Shown one piece after another: positions 9,881 to 18,669 of a DNA stretch of 64,000 bases; position 1 is the stretch's first letter, and each line of letters starts with the position of its first letter. The notes below the pieces were generated by a model, which saw only the letters and a program-made list of their open reading frames with translations, had not been told where the DNA came from and searched no databases. A program made the position numbers and the translations under genes. The stretch comes from a virus (taxonomy: Duplodnaviria > Caudoviricetes), in IMG/VR virus record IMGVR_UViG_3300012953_000012, positions 141,565 to 205,564 of that record; one strand, 5' to 3'.

Positions 9881-10059
9881 CCTTTCACCTGCGCCTGTGC
9901 CGCTGGGGGACGTGGGGGTGCGAACACCACGCGGATCGTGCCACACTTGTTGTTGCGTCTGACGCGGGTTTCGTACTGGTCTGGGACCGTTACACCACGC
10001 GCTCTGAGTGCTTGCCTTAGCAGACTGTCGATCTCGTCCTGTTCAAGTACGAGTTCCAT
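9877..10059 (-). CDS. Small hypothetical protein (MELVLEQDEID...)
   Basis: AGGAG RBS; coupled to the downstream gene. Confidence 0.6.
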   Translation of the reverse strand: MELVLEQDEIDSLLRQALRARGVTVPDQYETRVRRNNKCGTIRVVFAPPRPPAAQAQVKG

Positions 10060-10100
10060 GAGGGTTCTCCTGTGTGCCCCGGAAGTGGGGCATTGTGGGA

Positions 10101-11024
10101 CTATTTCTTCTTACTTGACCCGAATGTGATCTTACCCCCCACACCGATGACCCGTTCTTTTGGGGCTTCAGGTGCGGCCCACGGGTCAGGTTCCGGTGGG
10201 GGAGGTGGTCCGCCTCCGACCATGACCCCACCGGAAGGCATGTTCGTGTTGAAGGAGGGTCGTGGAGGCGTGGGAGCCTTGCGCTCGGGCCTGGTCGGGT
10301 GGGCGGCAGGCTTCTCAGGGATCATGTCGGCGGCGCGGGCACGCTTGATGGCGATGTCTCGTGCGTGCTTGCAGGGAACCTCTCGGGACGCACAAGTGCA
10401 TTCCCACTGACCGTCATGGTGAAGGGTGACCTCATAGATGACCCGCTTGCCCTTCGCGTCTTTTGAGTCTCCCTGGACACGCCAACGCCCGATGATCTCG
10501 TCGGGGGTTTCCTCTGGGACATCAGGGATTTCCTGGGACCCATCCACATGAGTAGGCTGCGGAGATGGATCTGGGGTCACTGTTGTGGGGTCTACGGGGT
10601 CATTGTCGGGGATCGGGTCCTCAGGTGGTTCCGGCTCTGGTTCCGGCTCCTTCTGAAAGCCCGAAGGGGCCACCATGCCCATCATCTCGGCTGCTGCTCG
10701 TCCAACGTCGGCGTCCGTGACGGGCTCCCAGTCCCCACGCTGGTCGCTGATCTCAATCGCCAACGCCTGTCGGAGCATGTCTGGGAAGTCGGGGAGGCCG
10801 AGGACCGTCGCCGTGTTCTCCGGGGCGAAGTCCGGGTTGTGAAGAAGGCGGTCCTCCTGGGTCAGGATCCGCTTGTTCCACTTGGTGCCTGCGCCCTTGC
10901 TGTTGCGACAGCCCACGTTCATGCACACGCCGCAAAACATCTGCTTGAACTGCTCAGGTGCGAGCAACTTGCGGTGCTCACCGTCGTAGCAGCCGTCGAA
11001 CAAGTCTGGGAGGGATTTACTCAT
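10101..11024 (-). CDS. SWIM zinc-finger protein with Pro/acidic linkers
   Basis: WECTCASREVPCKHA (SWIM CxCx(n)CxH); N-terminal CxxCxxxxC. Confidence 0.7.
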   Translation of the reverse strand: MSKSLPDLFDGCYDGEHRKLLAPEQFKQMFCGVCMNVGCRNSKGAGTKWNKRILTQEDRLLHNPDFAPENTATVLGLPDFPDMLRQALAIEISDQRGDWEPVTDADVGRAAAEMMGMVAPSGFQKEPEPEPEPPEDPIPDNDPVDPTTVTPDPSPQPTHVDGSQEIPDVPEETPDEIIGRWRVQGDSKDAKGKRVIYEVTLHHDGQWECTCASREVPCKHARDIAIKRARAADMIPEKPAAHPTRPERKAPTPPRPSFNTNMPSGGVMVGGGPPPPPEPDPWAAPEAPKERVIGVGGKITFGSSKKK

Positions 11025-11593
11025 GACTCCTTCTTCTTGCGGAACCAGATCTGGTCGGGGCTGGTGTAGGTGAGAGTCAACTCCGTGCCGGGGGTGACGT
11101 CCTTCGTCGCGAAGAAATCCATGTAGCGTCGGTCGGTGTCCGGTTCGATGTAGGGTTGGCACCTCATGTTGGCCTCTTTCCTGGGGGCGTGGTTGTAGAG
11201 CATCCCGTTGCCCAGCACCAACGCTCGGATCTCGTCCTTGCGCCACGGATGGACCATGTGCTTGAGTAGCACCCCGCCCCGCCCCACATAGGGATGCAGC
11301 ATGGTGCCTTGCAGCGTTCGCTCCAGAGGCATGTCAGGGGTGTCCAGGATGTAGGCGGCACAGCGTTCGACAAGCATCCCTTCCTGGAGAGGTGAGCGGC
11401 TGAAGACCCCCAACCCCTTCCCTGGAATGTGTTGGATGTACAAGCCTCCGCCGTAGTGGACCAGGCGGGCCTCTCGGGCCTCTCGGAGCGGGGATCCACA
11501 AAACTCGCAAAGAGGGTTGTGGTCGGCACCCCTTCTCTCAACGATCTCGTTGACGACCCCGCAGTGGGCGCATGGGATCTGGCTGACGTCCAT
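11021..11593 (-). CDS. SET-domain protein with N-terminal zinc ribbon
   Basis: GKGLGVFS, YNH, FFATKDVTPGTELTLTY SET motifs; CAHC...CEFC. Confidence 0.85.
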   Translation of the reverse strand: MDVSQIPCAHCGVVNEIVERRGADHNPLCEFCGSPLREAREARLVHYGGGLYIQHIPGKGLGVFSRSPLQEGMLVERCAAYILDTPDMPLERTLQGTMLHPYVGRGGVLLKHMVHPWRKDEIRALVLGNGMLYNHAPRKEANMRCQPYIEPDTDRRYMDFFATKDVTPGTELTLTYTSPDQIWFRKKKES

Positions 11594-11601
11594 CTCTACT
11601 C

Positions 11602-12099
11602 CTACGCTACGTTGAAGCCGCCACCCCGCACTACAACGACATGGCGGCCTTCCCGCCATGCAAACACTACCCGCTGGAAGACCTCGACAGCCTCCGTAGG
11701 AACGCCGTCAGACAGGGGCGGCTCGTAGCACTCAGGCGGCCCGTGCTTGAGTCTACGGCCCTTTCCCTTACTCCCCCCAGGTCGGCAGAGCGGTTCGTCC
11801 CAGGTCAGGCACGCCTTCCCGATCTTGCACACGCCTTCATCGGAGGCCACGCGCCTGGCGCTGGCTCGGGGGTCTCGCCCCAACTCCCGCACCAGAGGTA
11901 GAAAACGCCCGTGTAGGGCGTGTGATAGGGACTCGGCGGTGATCTCCTTGACCCCCGCTTCCCAGGTGGTCCCCCGGAGCGATTCAAGTACCCCCCAGTG
12001 GTCCGCGTCCTCGGGGACCTCCTCCACCAGGAGCAGCACCTTTTCGGCCTCCCGTCCGGGAAGGGGGGAGGGGTCGGTGAGGTCAAGGATTCTCACCAC
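11602..12099 (-). CDS. Hypothetical protein
   Basis: GGGAG RBS; part of an operon. Confidence 0.6.
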   Translation of the reverse strand: MVRILDLTDPSPLPGREAEKVLLLVEEVPEDADHWGVLESLRGTTWEAGVKEITAESLSHALHGRFLPLVRELGRDPRASARRVASDEGVCKIGKACLTWDEPLCRPGGSKGKGRRLKHGPPECYEPPLSDGVPTEAVEVFQRVVFAWREGRHVVVVRGGGFNVA

Positions 12100-12688
12100 T
12101 CCCCCCTACTTGTTTGAAGAAGCGACTGGCTCCCCCGGTGTCTCCGAACCGATGGCCGTCTCCGTCCATGGGGAACATGCCGGTCTTCCCGGCTTCGCGC
12201 TTTGCGGATCGGCTCGACCCCGCGCTGTGCATCCCTCCAGCAAGCGAATCAGCATCCAATCGAGCAACGGGGCAATCCGGCTCGCAGATCCAGTTGGCGA
12301 CAGTCTCCTTGCCTTCTGCGTCCCCATGCTCCACTTTGTTTTGAAGTCCTTCTGCTGTTCCGTAGACTCCGTGTTTCCCGAAGGCTCCTGTGCTTCCCGG
12401 CTTCATGCCCCCAGTAATAGCCTTCACCCTCTTGACCCCACCACACCGACAACCTTCAAGGTGCTGGAGGATCACGTTGGCGGGCCATCTTCCTTTCGAG
12501 GTCGTAGCGACATAGGCGGGTCGCTCCTTTCGCCCAAACCCGCTCCAAACCTCCAGTCGGTTGATGGGTATCCGATCCGACCCGACCCGAGAGGCGTCGA
12601 TGTTGATCCCCCCCGTCCCATGACGGAGGGTGTTGGCTGCGACGGTCCCTTCGGACAAGGGCTTCCGTAGGACGTGGATCATCCTCAT
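12083..12688 (-). CDS. Stand-alone middle/insert module of an N6/N4 DNA methyltransferase, copy B
   Basis: RKPLSEGTVAANTLRHGTGGINIDASRV, GRWPANV, DTGGASRFFK; no DPPY or FxGxG. Confidence 0.75.
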   Translation of the reverse strand: MRMIHVLRKPLSEGTVAANTLRHGTGGINIDASRVGSDRIPINRLEVWSGFGRKERPAYVATTSKGRWPANVILQHLEGCRCGGVKRVKAITGGMKPGSTGAFGKHGVYGTAEGLQNKVEHGDAEGKETVANWICEPDCPVARLDADSLAGGMHSAGSSRSAKREAGKTGMFPMDGDGHRFGDTGGASRFFKQVGGSGENP

Positions 12689-13293
12689 TGTCGCCCCTTC
12701 ACCCAGCACGCTCGACAGCGGGCCTCGTACATCCCCGTCGAGCCGACCTGCACCTGCTCCCCGGAGTCTTGATCAGGCAACCGGAACGAACGAGTGGCAG
12801 GCTTGCCACACACCTCGTCCCACTTCCACTGACCCCCCACGGTTCGTGTTCTTGTGGTCCCGTGTACGCATACGGCAGTCAGTTTGGTCACCTTGTCGGC
12901 CACCGCGAGAAGTCGTGCCATCGGCCCGAACGGCTGACCATCAGAGTCGAGATCAAGCCCCGCGACGATGACCCGGCGACCTCTGTTTGCTTCTGACTCC
13001 AGCACGTCCACGATCTCGTCGTCAAGGAACTGCACCTCGTCCACTCCGATGACCTTCCCTGTCATGTAGAAGGGCTGTGTTCGGAGAAGGCGTTTGACGT
13101 GATCCACGTCCTTGACGGCGACCGCTTCCAGTGTGCCCCCAACGTGGGTCGCCAGCGAATCCTTGGAGTAGCGGTCGTCAATCGCGGGCTTCATCACAAG
13201 GGTGAACTGGTCCGCGATCTGGCACCGACGCAGACGCCGGATCAACTCCTCTGACTTGCCGCTGTACATGCAGCCTGTGATGGCCTCAAGCAT
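12685..13293 (-). CDS. tdk: Thymidine kinase
   Basis: GCMYSGKSEEL (Walker A), VIGVDEVQF, GLDLDSDGQPFG, KLTAVC, YEARCRAC. Confidence 0.92.
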   Translation of the reverse strand: MLEAITGCMYSGKSEELIRRLRRCQIADQFTLVMKPAIDDRYSKDSLATHVGGTLEAVAVKDVDHVKRLLRTQPFYMTGKVIGVDEVQFLDDEIVDVLESEANRGRRVIVAGLDLDSDGQPFGPMARLLAVADKVTKLTAVCVHGTTRTRTVGGQWKWDEVCGKPATRSFRLPDQDSGEQVQVGSTGMYEARCRACWVKGRQ

Positions 13294-13963
13294 CCTCCTT
13301 CCCTCCGATCTGTTTGTAGAAGCGTGAGGCTCCTCCTGTGTCTCCAAAACCGGGGTCTCCCCGCACCTCATCTGCGGACAATGCCTGACCCAGTCCGTTG
13401 CCCCCGCCGTAGATCGTAGAGGTGGTGGAGATGTTGGCGGTGCGCCCGCCTGTGCTCTTGGTCACACCGCTCTGCTCATCCAATCGTGCGACAGGACAGC
13501 CGGATTCACAGATCCAGTTGGCTACCGTCTCCTTGCCGTCCTTGTCCGTGTGATTGAAGTAGGGGCGGTTCTGCTTCTCGGCAAAGCCGCCGTGCGCTGT
13601 AATGGGGGCGGCATGTCGGTGGGGTTTCGTCCCTCCAGTGATCCCCTTCACCTTCTTGACCCCAGCACGCCTACACCCGTCGAGGTGCTGGAGGACCACG
13701 TTCGCGGGCCACCTGCCGAGTTTCTGTGCGTCCGAAGGCACATAGGACGATCCCGCTGCGTACATGCCAGGGCCGTCACCGATGCCTGTCCTGTCAGCCA
13801 TCAGGTTGTCCTTCCCTCGACGCACGACGCCTGTGACAACGTGCGAGCCGTCACTGGAGATGCGGGATGCGTCGATATTCAACCCGCCCGTGCCGTGCTT
13901 CAAGGTGTTCGCGGCCACGGTGCCTTCGGAGAGAGGCTTACGGAGGACGTGGATCATCCTCAT
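13286..13963 (-). CDS. Stand-alone middle/insert module of an N6/N4 DNA methyltransferase, copy A
   Basis: RKPLSEGTVAANTLKHGTGGLNIDASRI, GRWPANV, DTGGASRFYK; paralog of 12083-12688. Confidence 0.75.
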   Translation of the reverse strand: MRMIHVLRKPLSEGTVAANTLKHGTGGLNIDASRISSDGSHVVTGVVRRGKDNLMADRTGIGDGPGMYAAGSSYVPSDAQKLGRWPANVVLQHLDGCRRAGVKKVKGITGGTKPHRHAAPITAHGGFAEKQNRPYFNHTDKDGKETVANWICESGCPVARLDEQSGVTKSTGGRTANISTTSTIYGGGNGLGQALSADEVRGDPGFGDTGGASRFYKQIGGKEDA

Positions 13964-14562
13964 TCCGGCTTCCTCCCCACACAAACCGGTTCCCACGAAG
14001 GTTTCAAAGCGGTTCCCCACCCATCCCAGCGTTGAGCCTTTTCAACAAGAGGGACGTGGTGCCTCTCCCCGCTCTCTTTCATGAAAGATCCCGGTCCCGC
14101 ACCAAAACCTTGGCCTCTGTCCAGCGCACCCCTTTTCCCTTCAGTCTTTTGGGTTTTGTAGCGACCGTGATTCGGGCTTGTGGGATCAGGCCCCCCGTGG
14201 GGAACCCCACGCGCCGCCTTGTCCAGAGCCTTGCCGATGTTCATGCTCTTGGGGAAGCCTGAGCCGTAGTTCCACGACTCGATCCGAAGGTCGGTGAACC
14301 CGGCCTCGGCCATAGCCGCAGCCATCCGATGATAGGTGCGAGTACCGGAGAACGCCTTGATGACCCCACCGGGTCGGAGCACTCGGTACACTTCGTCCCA
14401 GAGGTCGGCTGAGAAGGCGATGCCTGCGCCCTCGGCATCCCACGTCTTGCCCATGAACGAGATGTGGTACGGAGGGTCGCAGATGAACGCTCCAACGAAG
14501 CCTTCCTCGTATTCACCGAGGACTTCCACACAGTCACCGTGTCGTAGAGTCAGCCACTGCAT
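13960..14562 (-). CDS. Catalytic (DPPY) N-terminal module of a beta-class DNA methyltransferase
   Basis: GDC..., DPPY, LRPGG, GSGFPKS, GWGTALKPSWEP; ends before any SAM-binding motif. Confidence 0.8.
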   Translation of the reverse strand: MQWLTLRHGDCVEVLGEYEEGFVGAFICDPPYHISFMGKTWDAEGAGIAFSADLWDEVYRVLRPGGVIKAFSGTRTYHRMAAAMAEAGFTDLRIESWNYGSGFPKSMNIGKALDKAARGVPHGGPDPTSPNHGRYKTQKTEGKRGALDRGQGFGAGPGSFMKESGERHHVPLVEKAQRWDGWGTALKPSWEPVCVGRKPE

Positions 14563-14570
14563 CGTGCCCC

Positions 14571-15395
14571 CTACAGTCCGAACAGGTCGTCGAGAGAAAT
14601 GGTCTCGGGCTCGGCTTCGCGTGCCTCGGTGATCTCAGTGAGGTCGGAAGACACTTCGGCAGCGTTCCATCCAGCATCACGGGTGTTCCAGTACCGGACC
14701 CGGCCCTCGGCGATGGTCAGGTACTCCTTCTCCCGTTCGATGCCGATGAAGTCGTGCCCTGTCTGGACACAGGCGATGCCCGTAGTCCCGCTGCCCATGA
14801 ACGGGTCCACCACAGGACCTACGTCCTTCGGCACATCGTGGAGCAGCCGTGCCATGACGGCGTAGGGCTTCACGGTGGGGTGGACGTTGCGGCGCTTCTT
14901 CACCCGGTTCAGGCCGATGTCCTGACCTCCAGGTGCCTCGACATCCTCGCCTTCCTCGGTCGATGCGATGGCCCCCTGTGCGCCCCCGGACATGCCGAAG
15001 ACCTTGAGGGGTAGGTGGTCCAGTCCGGCCTCACGTTCCTTGCGGGCGGCTTTGGCGACGTAGTGCATCTGGTCGGTCGTGCTGTCGGCCACCATGATGC
15101 AGTCGCGGACCTCAAAGCCAGTGTCCTCAGCGAAGCAGGCTCCGGTGTGTCCCGTGGGTTCAGCGGGGTCGTTGGCGAGCATCAGGTGTCCGCCCGGCTT
15201 CAAAGCCCGATGGGCCTCGGTGATCTCGTCGAGGGAGTCCAGAGAAGACTCCAGCACGATGCCGTGAACGCTCTCGTCCTCGTGCTGGGACCAGTCGTAG
15301 CCTTTGGTGGCGTAGACGAACACACCCTCGACCCCCTGGGGGTCACCGGGCGTGATCATGTCACGCAGGTAGTCAATCAGTTCGGGGTTCATCAC
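14571..15395 (-). CDS. SAM-binding module of a beta-class DNA methyltransferase, with degenerate catalytic motif
   Basis: HPTVKP, VDPFMGSGTTG, FIGIERE; the DPPY position reads IVLESSL; C-terminus SLDDLFGL. Confidence 0.8.
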   Translation of the reverse strand: MMNPELIDYLRDMITPGDPQGVEGVFVYATKGYDWSQHEDESVHGIVLESSLDSLDEITEAHRALKPGGHLMLANDPAEPTGHTGACFAEDTGFEVRDCIMVADSTTDQMHYVAKAARKEREAGLDHLPLKVFGMSGGAQGAIASTEEGEDVEAPGGQDIGLNRVKKRRNVHPTVKPYAVMARLLHDVPKDVGPVVDPFMGSGTTGIACVQTGHDFIGIEREKEYLTIAEGRVRYWNTRDAGWNAAEVSSDLTEITEAREAEPETISLDDLFGL

Positions 15396-15541
15396 GGGCA
15401 GGTCCTCGGGTCACGGAGTGGGCAATAAGCACGACGGAGAGTGCCCACACGCAGGCCAATGTACCCACAACCTCCGCGACCCTACGGGTGCGTCGGAAGC
15501 GTCGGGGGCGCTTGGTTTTCATGGTCATAGAAGGGAGTACC

Positions 15542-15558
15542 CGTTGGTCTGTCTATGG
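15542..15558 (+). promoter_or_regulatory. Late-class motif variant CGTTGG-N5-CTATGG
   Basis: Upstream of topoisomerase IB; one deviation from consensus. Confidence 0.5.
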
Positions 15559-15593
15559 TGACCCCCCATCGTAGACGACGAAGGAACACCCCG

Positions 15594-17045
15594 ATGCCCC
15601 GCTACCCAGCACCACAGGTCCAGTACAAGAAGGACGAACGAGCACGAGCGAAGCACATCGCGGCGGCTCGACGCGACTTCCGAGCCCTGTTGAAGGCGGT
15701 GGCACCGGACGCGGCGAAGATCAAGGCGCTCCACAAGCGAGATCAAAACAAGCAGAAGCGTGCGTTGGTCAAGAGCCTCAAGGGGCGGGGCGACGTGCGT
15801 GCATTTCTCGACAAGTACATGGGCACCGAGTCGGCGAGTCCGAAGGCGTACTCGTGGCGAAACACGGGGCAGTATCTGGTCCGGGACGCGGCGCTTGGGA
15901 TCAAGAGCCTCCGGGATGTCCTGCCTGCACTGGACAAGGTGACGAGCAACGGCTTCCAGGCATTGACCGTCGAGGAGTTTCAAGCACCCCTGCGGTCTAC
16001 GATCCCAGCCCTGCTGCGGGAGTACCTGCCCCAGACGGTCGAGGTCAACGTAGACGAGAACGGGACCATCCAGCGGGTCACGGACAGGTTCAACAACGAG
16101 TACAAGACCCTGGCAGTCAAGATCGCCCACCAGAAGGCGCTCCTGAAGAAGTACAACGCCATCGCCAAGCGGGTGAAGCGGGACCTCAAGTCCTCGGACG
16201 AGATCACCCGGCTCTCGGCGCTGATCACATCGATCCTCATGGAGACCGGCATCCGACCCGGCAAGCGAGGCAACGGCGTGGTCAAGACCATCGGCGACAA
16301 GGAAGAGTTCATCGAAACCTTCGGAGCCGTGACCCTGGGGCCTGGGCACGTCAACTTCGTCCGGGACAACTTCGTGGAGTTGAGTTTCCTGGGCAAGATG
16401 ACCGGCCAGAACACGGCCACGCTGTCCGACCGGGTGATCATCAAGGCGCTCCAGGACTATGTGAACAACGCCCTCAAGTCGGGGAGCAAGTACGTCTTCG
16501 TGGCCGACGATGGCTACGAGTACACATACAACGACCTGTACAAGTACTTCCAGAAGCACTTCAAGGGGATTGACCCCACGGACTGGCGCAAACTCAAAGC
16601 CTCCGAGACCGTGTTCGATGCCATCCAGGAAGAACAGGAAGCCCTGTACAGCAGGATTCTGGCCTTCGCAGACAGCGAGGGTGATGATCTCATGGACCGG
16701 GTGACCGAAGAGATCGCAGCGACGTTGGACCGAGCCATCGCCAAAGCCCAGGTCGCCCTGTCTCACGACAAGGCCACGACGACGAAGAAGCAGTACATCA
16801 ACCCAGAGGTACTGCTTCGGTTCCTGAGCACCGCGACGATGGGAGGCGCGACGTTCCGCGATGCCATCCTCGCAGGGAAGCCGACGTTGGCGTTTGACCC
16901 GCAACGGTTCATCGAGGTCGCCAGCGCAGCAGCCGTAGGCAAGAGAGCCAGCCGCCGTCTGCTCCTCGCCGGGGGTGCGGCCATGACCTTGGAAGAGATG
17001 CTGGACGTGCTGGCGGACTCACTGATGATTGAAGGGGAGAGGTAG
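15594..17045 (+). CDS. DNA topoisomerase IB
   Basis: ETGIRPG (R), LSFLGK (K), DWRK (R), LSH (H), KKQYINP (catalytic Y); AAGGAA RBS. Confidence 0.85.
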   Translation: MPRYPAPQVQYKKDERARAKHIAAARRDFRALLKAVAPDAAKIKALHKRDQNKQKRALVKSLKGRGDVRAFLDKYMGTESASPKAYSWRNTGQYLVRDAALGIKSLRDVLPALDKVTSNGFQALTVEEFQAPLRSTIPALLREYLPQTVEVNVDENGTIQRVTDRFNNEYKTLAVKIAHQKALLKKYNAIAKRVKRDLKSSDEITRLSALITSILMETGIRPGKRGNGVVKTIGDKEEFIETFGAVTLGPGHVNFVRDNFVELSFLGKMTGQNTATLSDRVIIKALQDYVNNALKSGSKYVFVADDGYEYTYNDLYKYFQKHFKGIDPTDWRKLKASETVFDAIQEEQEALYSRILAFADSEGDDLMDRVTEEIAATLDRAIAKAQVALSHDKATTTKKQYINPEVLLRFLSTATMGGATFRDAILAGKPTLAFDPQRFIEVASAAAVGKRASRRLLLAGGAAMTLEEMLDVLADSLMIEGER

Positions 17046-17048
17046 ACG

Positions 17049-17318
17049 ATGGAAGTGAACCCGAAAGACCCGAAGACCTACATCCCTGTCCTGGTCGTCC
17101 TGGCGGGAACGCTCGGCGCGGGGTCGATGCTGGGACTGACCATCGAACCGGAAGAGACTACGGCCCTACGGGTCGAGAACGCCATGCTCACAGAGCGCAC
17201 GTCGAACCTGGAGGCGCAGACCGAGACCCTGGAAGCGCGGGTAGCATCCCTTGAACGGATCGTCGAAGGGTGCCGGGCGGTCGTGGATGCGTGCCGCACG
17301 GCGACCACAGGCCCATAG
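17049..17318 (+). CDS. Membrane-anchored coiled-coil protein
   Basis: N-terminal hydrophobic helix followed by a heptad-like segment. Confidence 0.6.
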   Translation: MEVNPKDPKTYIPVLVVLAGTLGAGSMLGLTIEPEETTALRVENAMLTERTSNLEAQTETLEARVASLERIVEGCRAVVDACRTATTGP

Positions 17319-17334
17319 AGGGGAGACAAGACCC

Positions 17335-17664
17335 ATGATGAAGCACCTTTCCGACCTCATGACCGTGGTCCAGATCGCAGTGGTCTGGACCTTCGTCTTC
17401 TGCGCCGCAACCATCGTGGCCACCGGCCACGCACAGACGCCAGGTCCGAAGATGGACCCTCAGTCGGCAGACGAAGCCATCGAGAACCTGGAAGAACTTA
17501 TGGGTCAGTACGAGCAGGGTCAGTACGCGAACCAACCATCGGGACTGGCAGCAGCACAAGCCAGGATCACGGAGTTGGAGATGGCCCTGGGACTGTTGAG
17601 CAAGCAACACGAAAGCCTACAGGCAGAGCACGTTGCACTACAGGAACGGTGCGCCCAGCGGTGA
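17335..17664 (+). CDS. Signal-peptide/membrane coiled-coil protein
   Basis: Hydrophobic N-terminus, AxA-like site (GHA|Q), coiled coil. Confidence 0.6.
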   Translation: MMKHLSDLMTVVQIAVVWTFVFCAATIVATGHAQTPGPKMDPQSADEAIENLEELMGQYEQGQYANQPSGLAAAQARITELEMALGLLSKQHESLQAEHVALQERCAQR

Positions 17665-17707
17665 CCCTACCGCCGCCACCATGACCCGTCCCGAAGGGGG
17701 GAGAGAG

Positions 17708-18031
17708 TCAAGCGTCTCCCTGGGATTGCTCGGCAGTCATAGCCAGAATGACCTCGTCCAACTCTCCTGCGATGTCTTTCAACTGTTGCCGTAGGGCGAG
17801 GGCTTCCAGCAGGGAGTGAGAAGTCACGTCGTGGAAGACCCTACGAGGAAGCACAGCCAGGATGGACCCCGTGCTCTCGGCAAGTGAGACCGCCATCTCA
17901 TGAACCTCTTCCAGGTCCACGTCTGACACACCGCCCTCGGTCCAGAGGATCACGAGGTCGTAGGGACCCGCACGCACCGTGGTCCACGGCATGTTCACAG
18001 GAGTGCTGGGAGGAGGGGTTCGCCGGGTCAT
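17708..18031 (-). CDS. Hypothetical protein
   Basis: C-terminal part of the track ORF has coding-like composition; start uncertain. Confidence 0.5.
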   Translation of the reverse strand: MTRRTPPPSTPVNMPWTTVRAGPYDLVILWTEGGVSDVDLEEVHEMAVSLAESTGSILAVLPRRVFHDVTSHSLLEALALRQQLKDIAGELDEVILAMTAEQSQGDA

Positions 18032-18593
18032 GGGAGGGACTGTACCCCCCGCCTCGCCCCAGCCGTAGTATGGGCTCACAGGCATCCCTGTTGGGCGTGG
18101 GGTTGTGTGCGGGTTCCTTGGGGCATGATCGGGCCGGGTGGGGGGACGATGGACGTAAGATCCAGGTCGTGATCCTGCGTGAGAGCCGGAAAACCAGGGA
18201 TCAAGACAAACAGGCATAGAAATCAGGAACCGAAATGGGTTCGTAGTGATCCTGGCCGGGCCGGGCTGTAGCGATTCCAAACCTGGCCGCAGTGAAATCG
18301 GGAGTGATCTCTGTTCCGTGATCTCTGACCCCTAAGCCCGGACGACTGGCTTCTGCTGCTTTGAGTGAGTGGGTGCTTGAGATGGCGTGACACCTACGAC
18401 AGTGATCCCACGTTGTTGTAGATCGGCAGAGCCCCGGACCCGCACAACCAACGTGTAGTCACATCCGACCCAACAGCATGTAGTCACACGAGATCACGGT
18501 GACCCCACAACAGCCGCTGCGAAGAGACCTGAGGAGGCGGAGAGGAGCAGCCGAGGAGACGCTGAGGAGCCAGAGTGAGAAATCGCTGAACGC

Positions 18594-18652
18594 AAAAAAG
18601 CGCCCCCGCCCTCGCGCCTTCCTGGAACAAGGGAAGGGCGAGGGCGGGGGCG
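18594..18652 (-). terminator. Intrinsic terminator ending the leftward early arm
   Basis: 15-bp GC stem followed by a T-run on the minus strand, just after 18670. Confidence 0.7.
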
Positions 18653-18669
18653 GTCAGATTGTCGAGGGC

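Noticed and set aside
13950-13970. Programmed frameshift fusing the DPPY and insert MTase modules
   Set aside because: No obvious slippery sequence; an ordinary ATGA coupling; fusion would duplicate the RKP motif; the second DPPY copy ends at the same point with no insert downstream.
17049-17664. Spanin or holin assignment for the two membrane coiled-coil genes
   Set aside because: No lipobox in the second gene and not adjacent to the SLT endolysin candidate; topology alone is insufficient.
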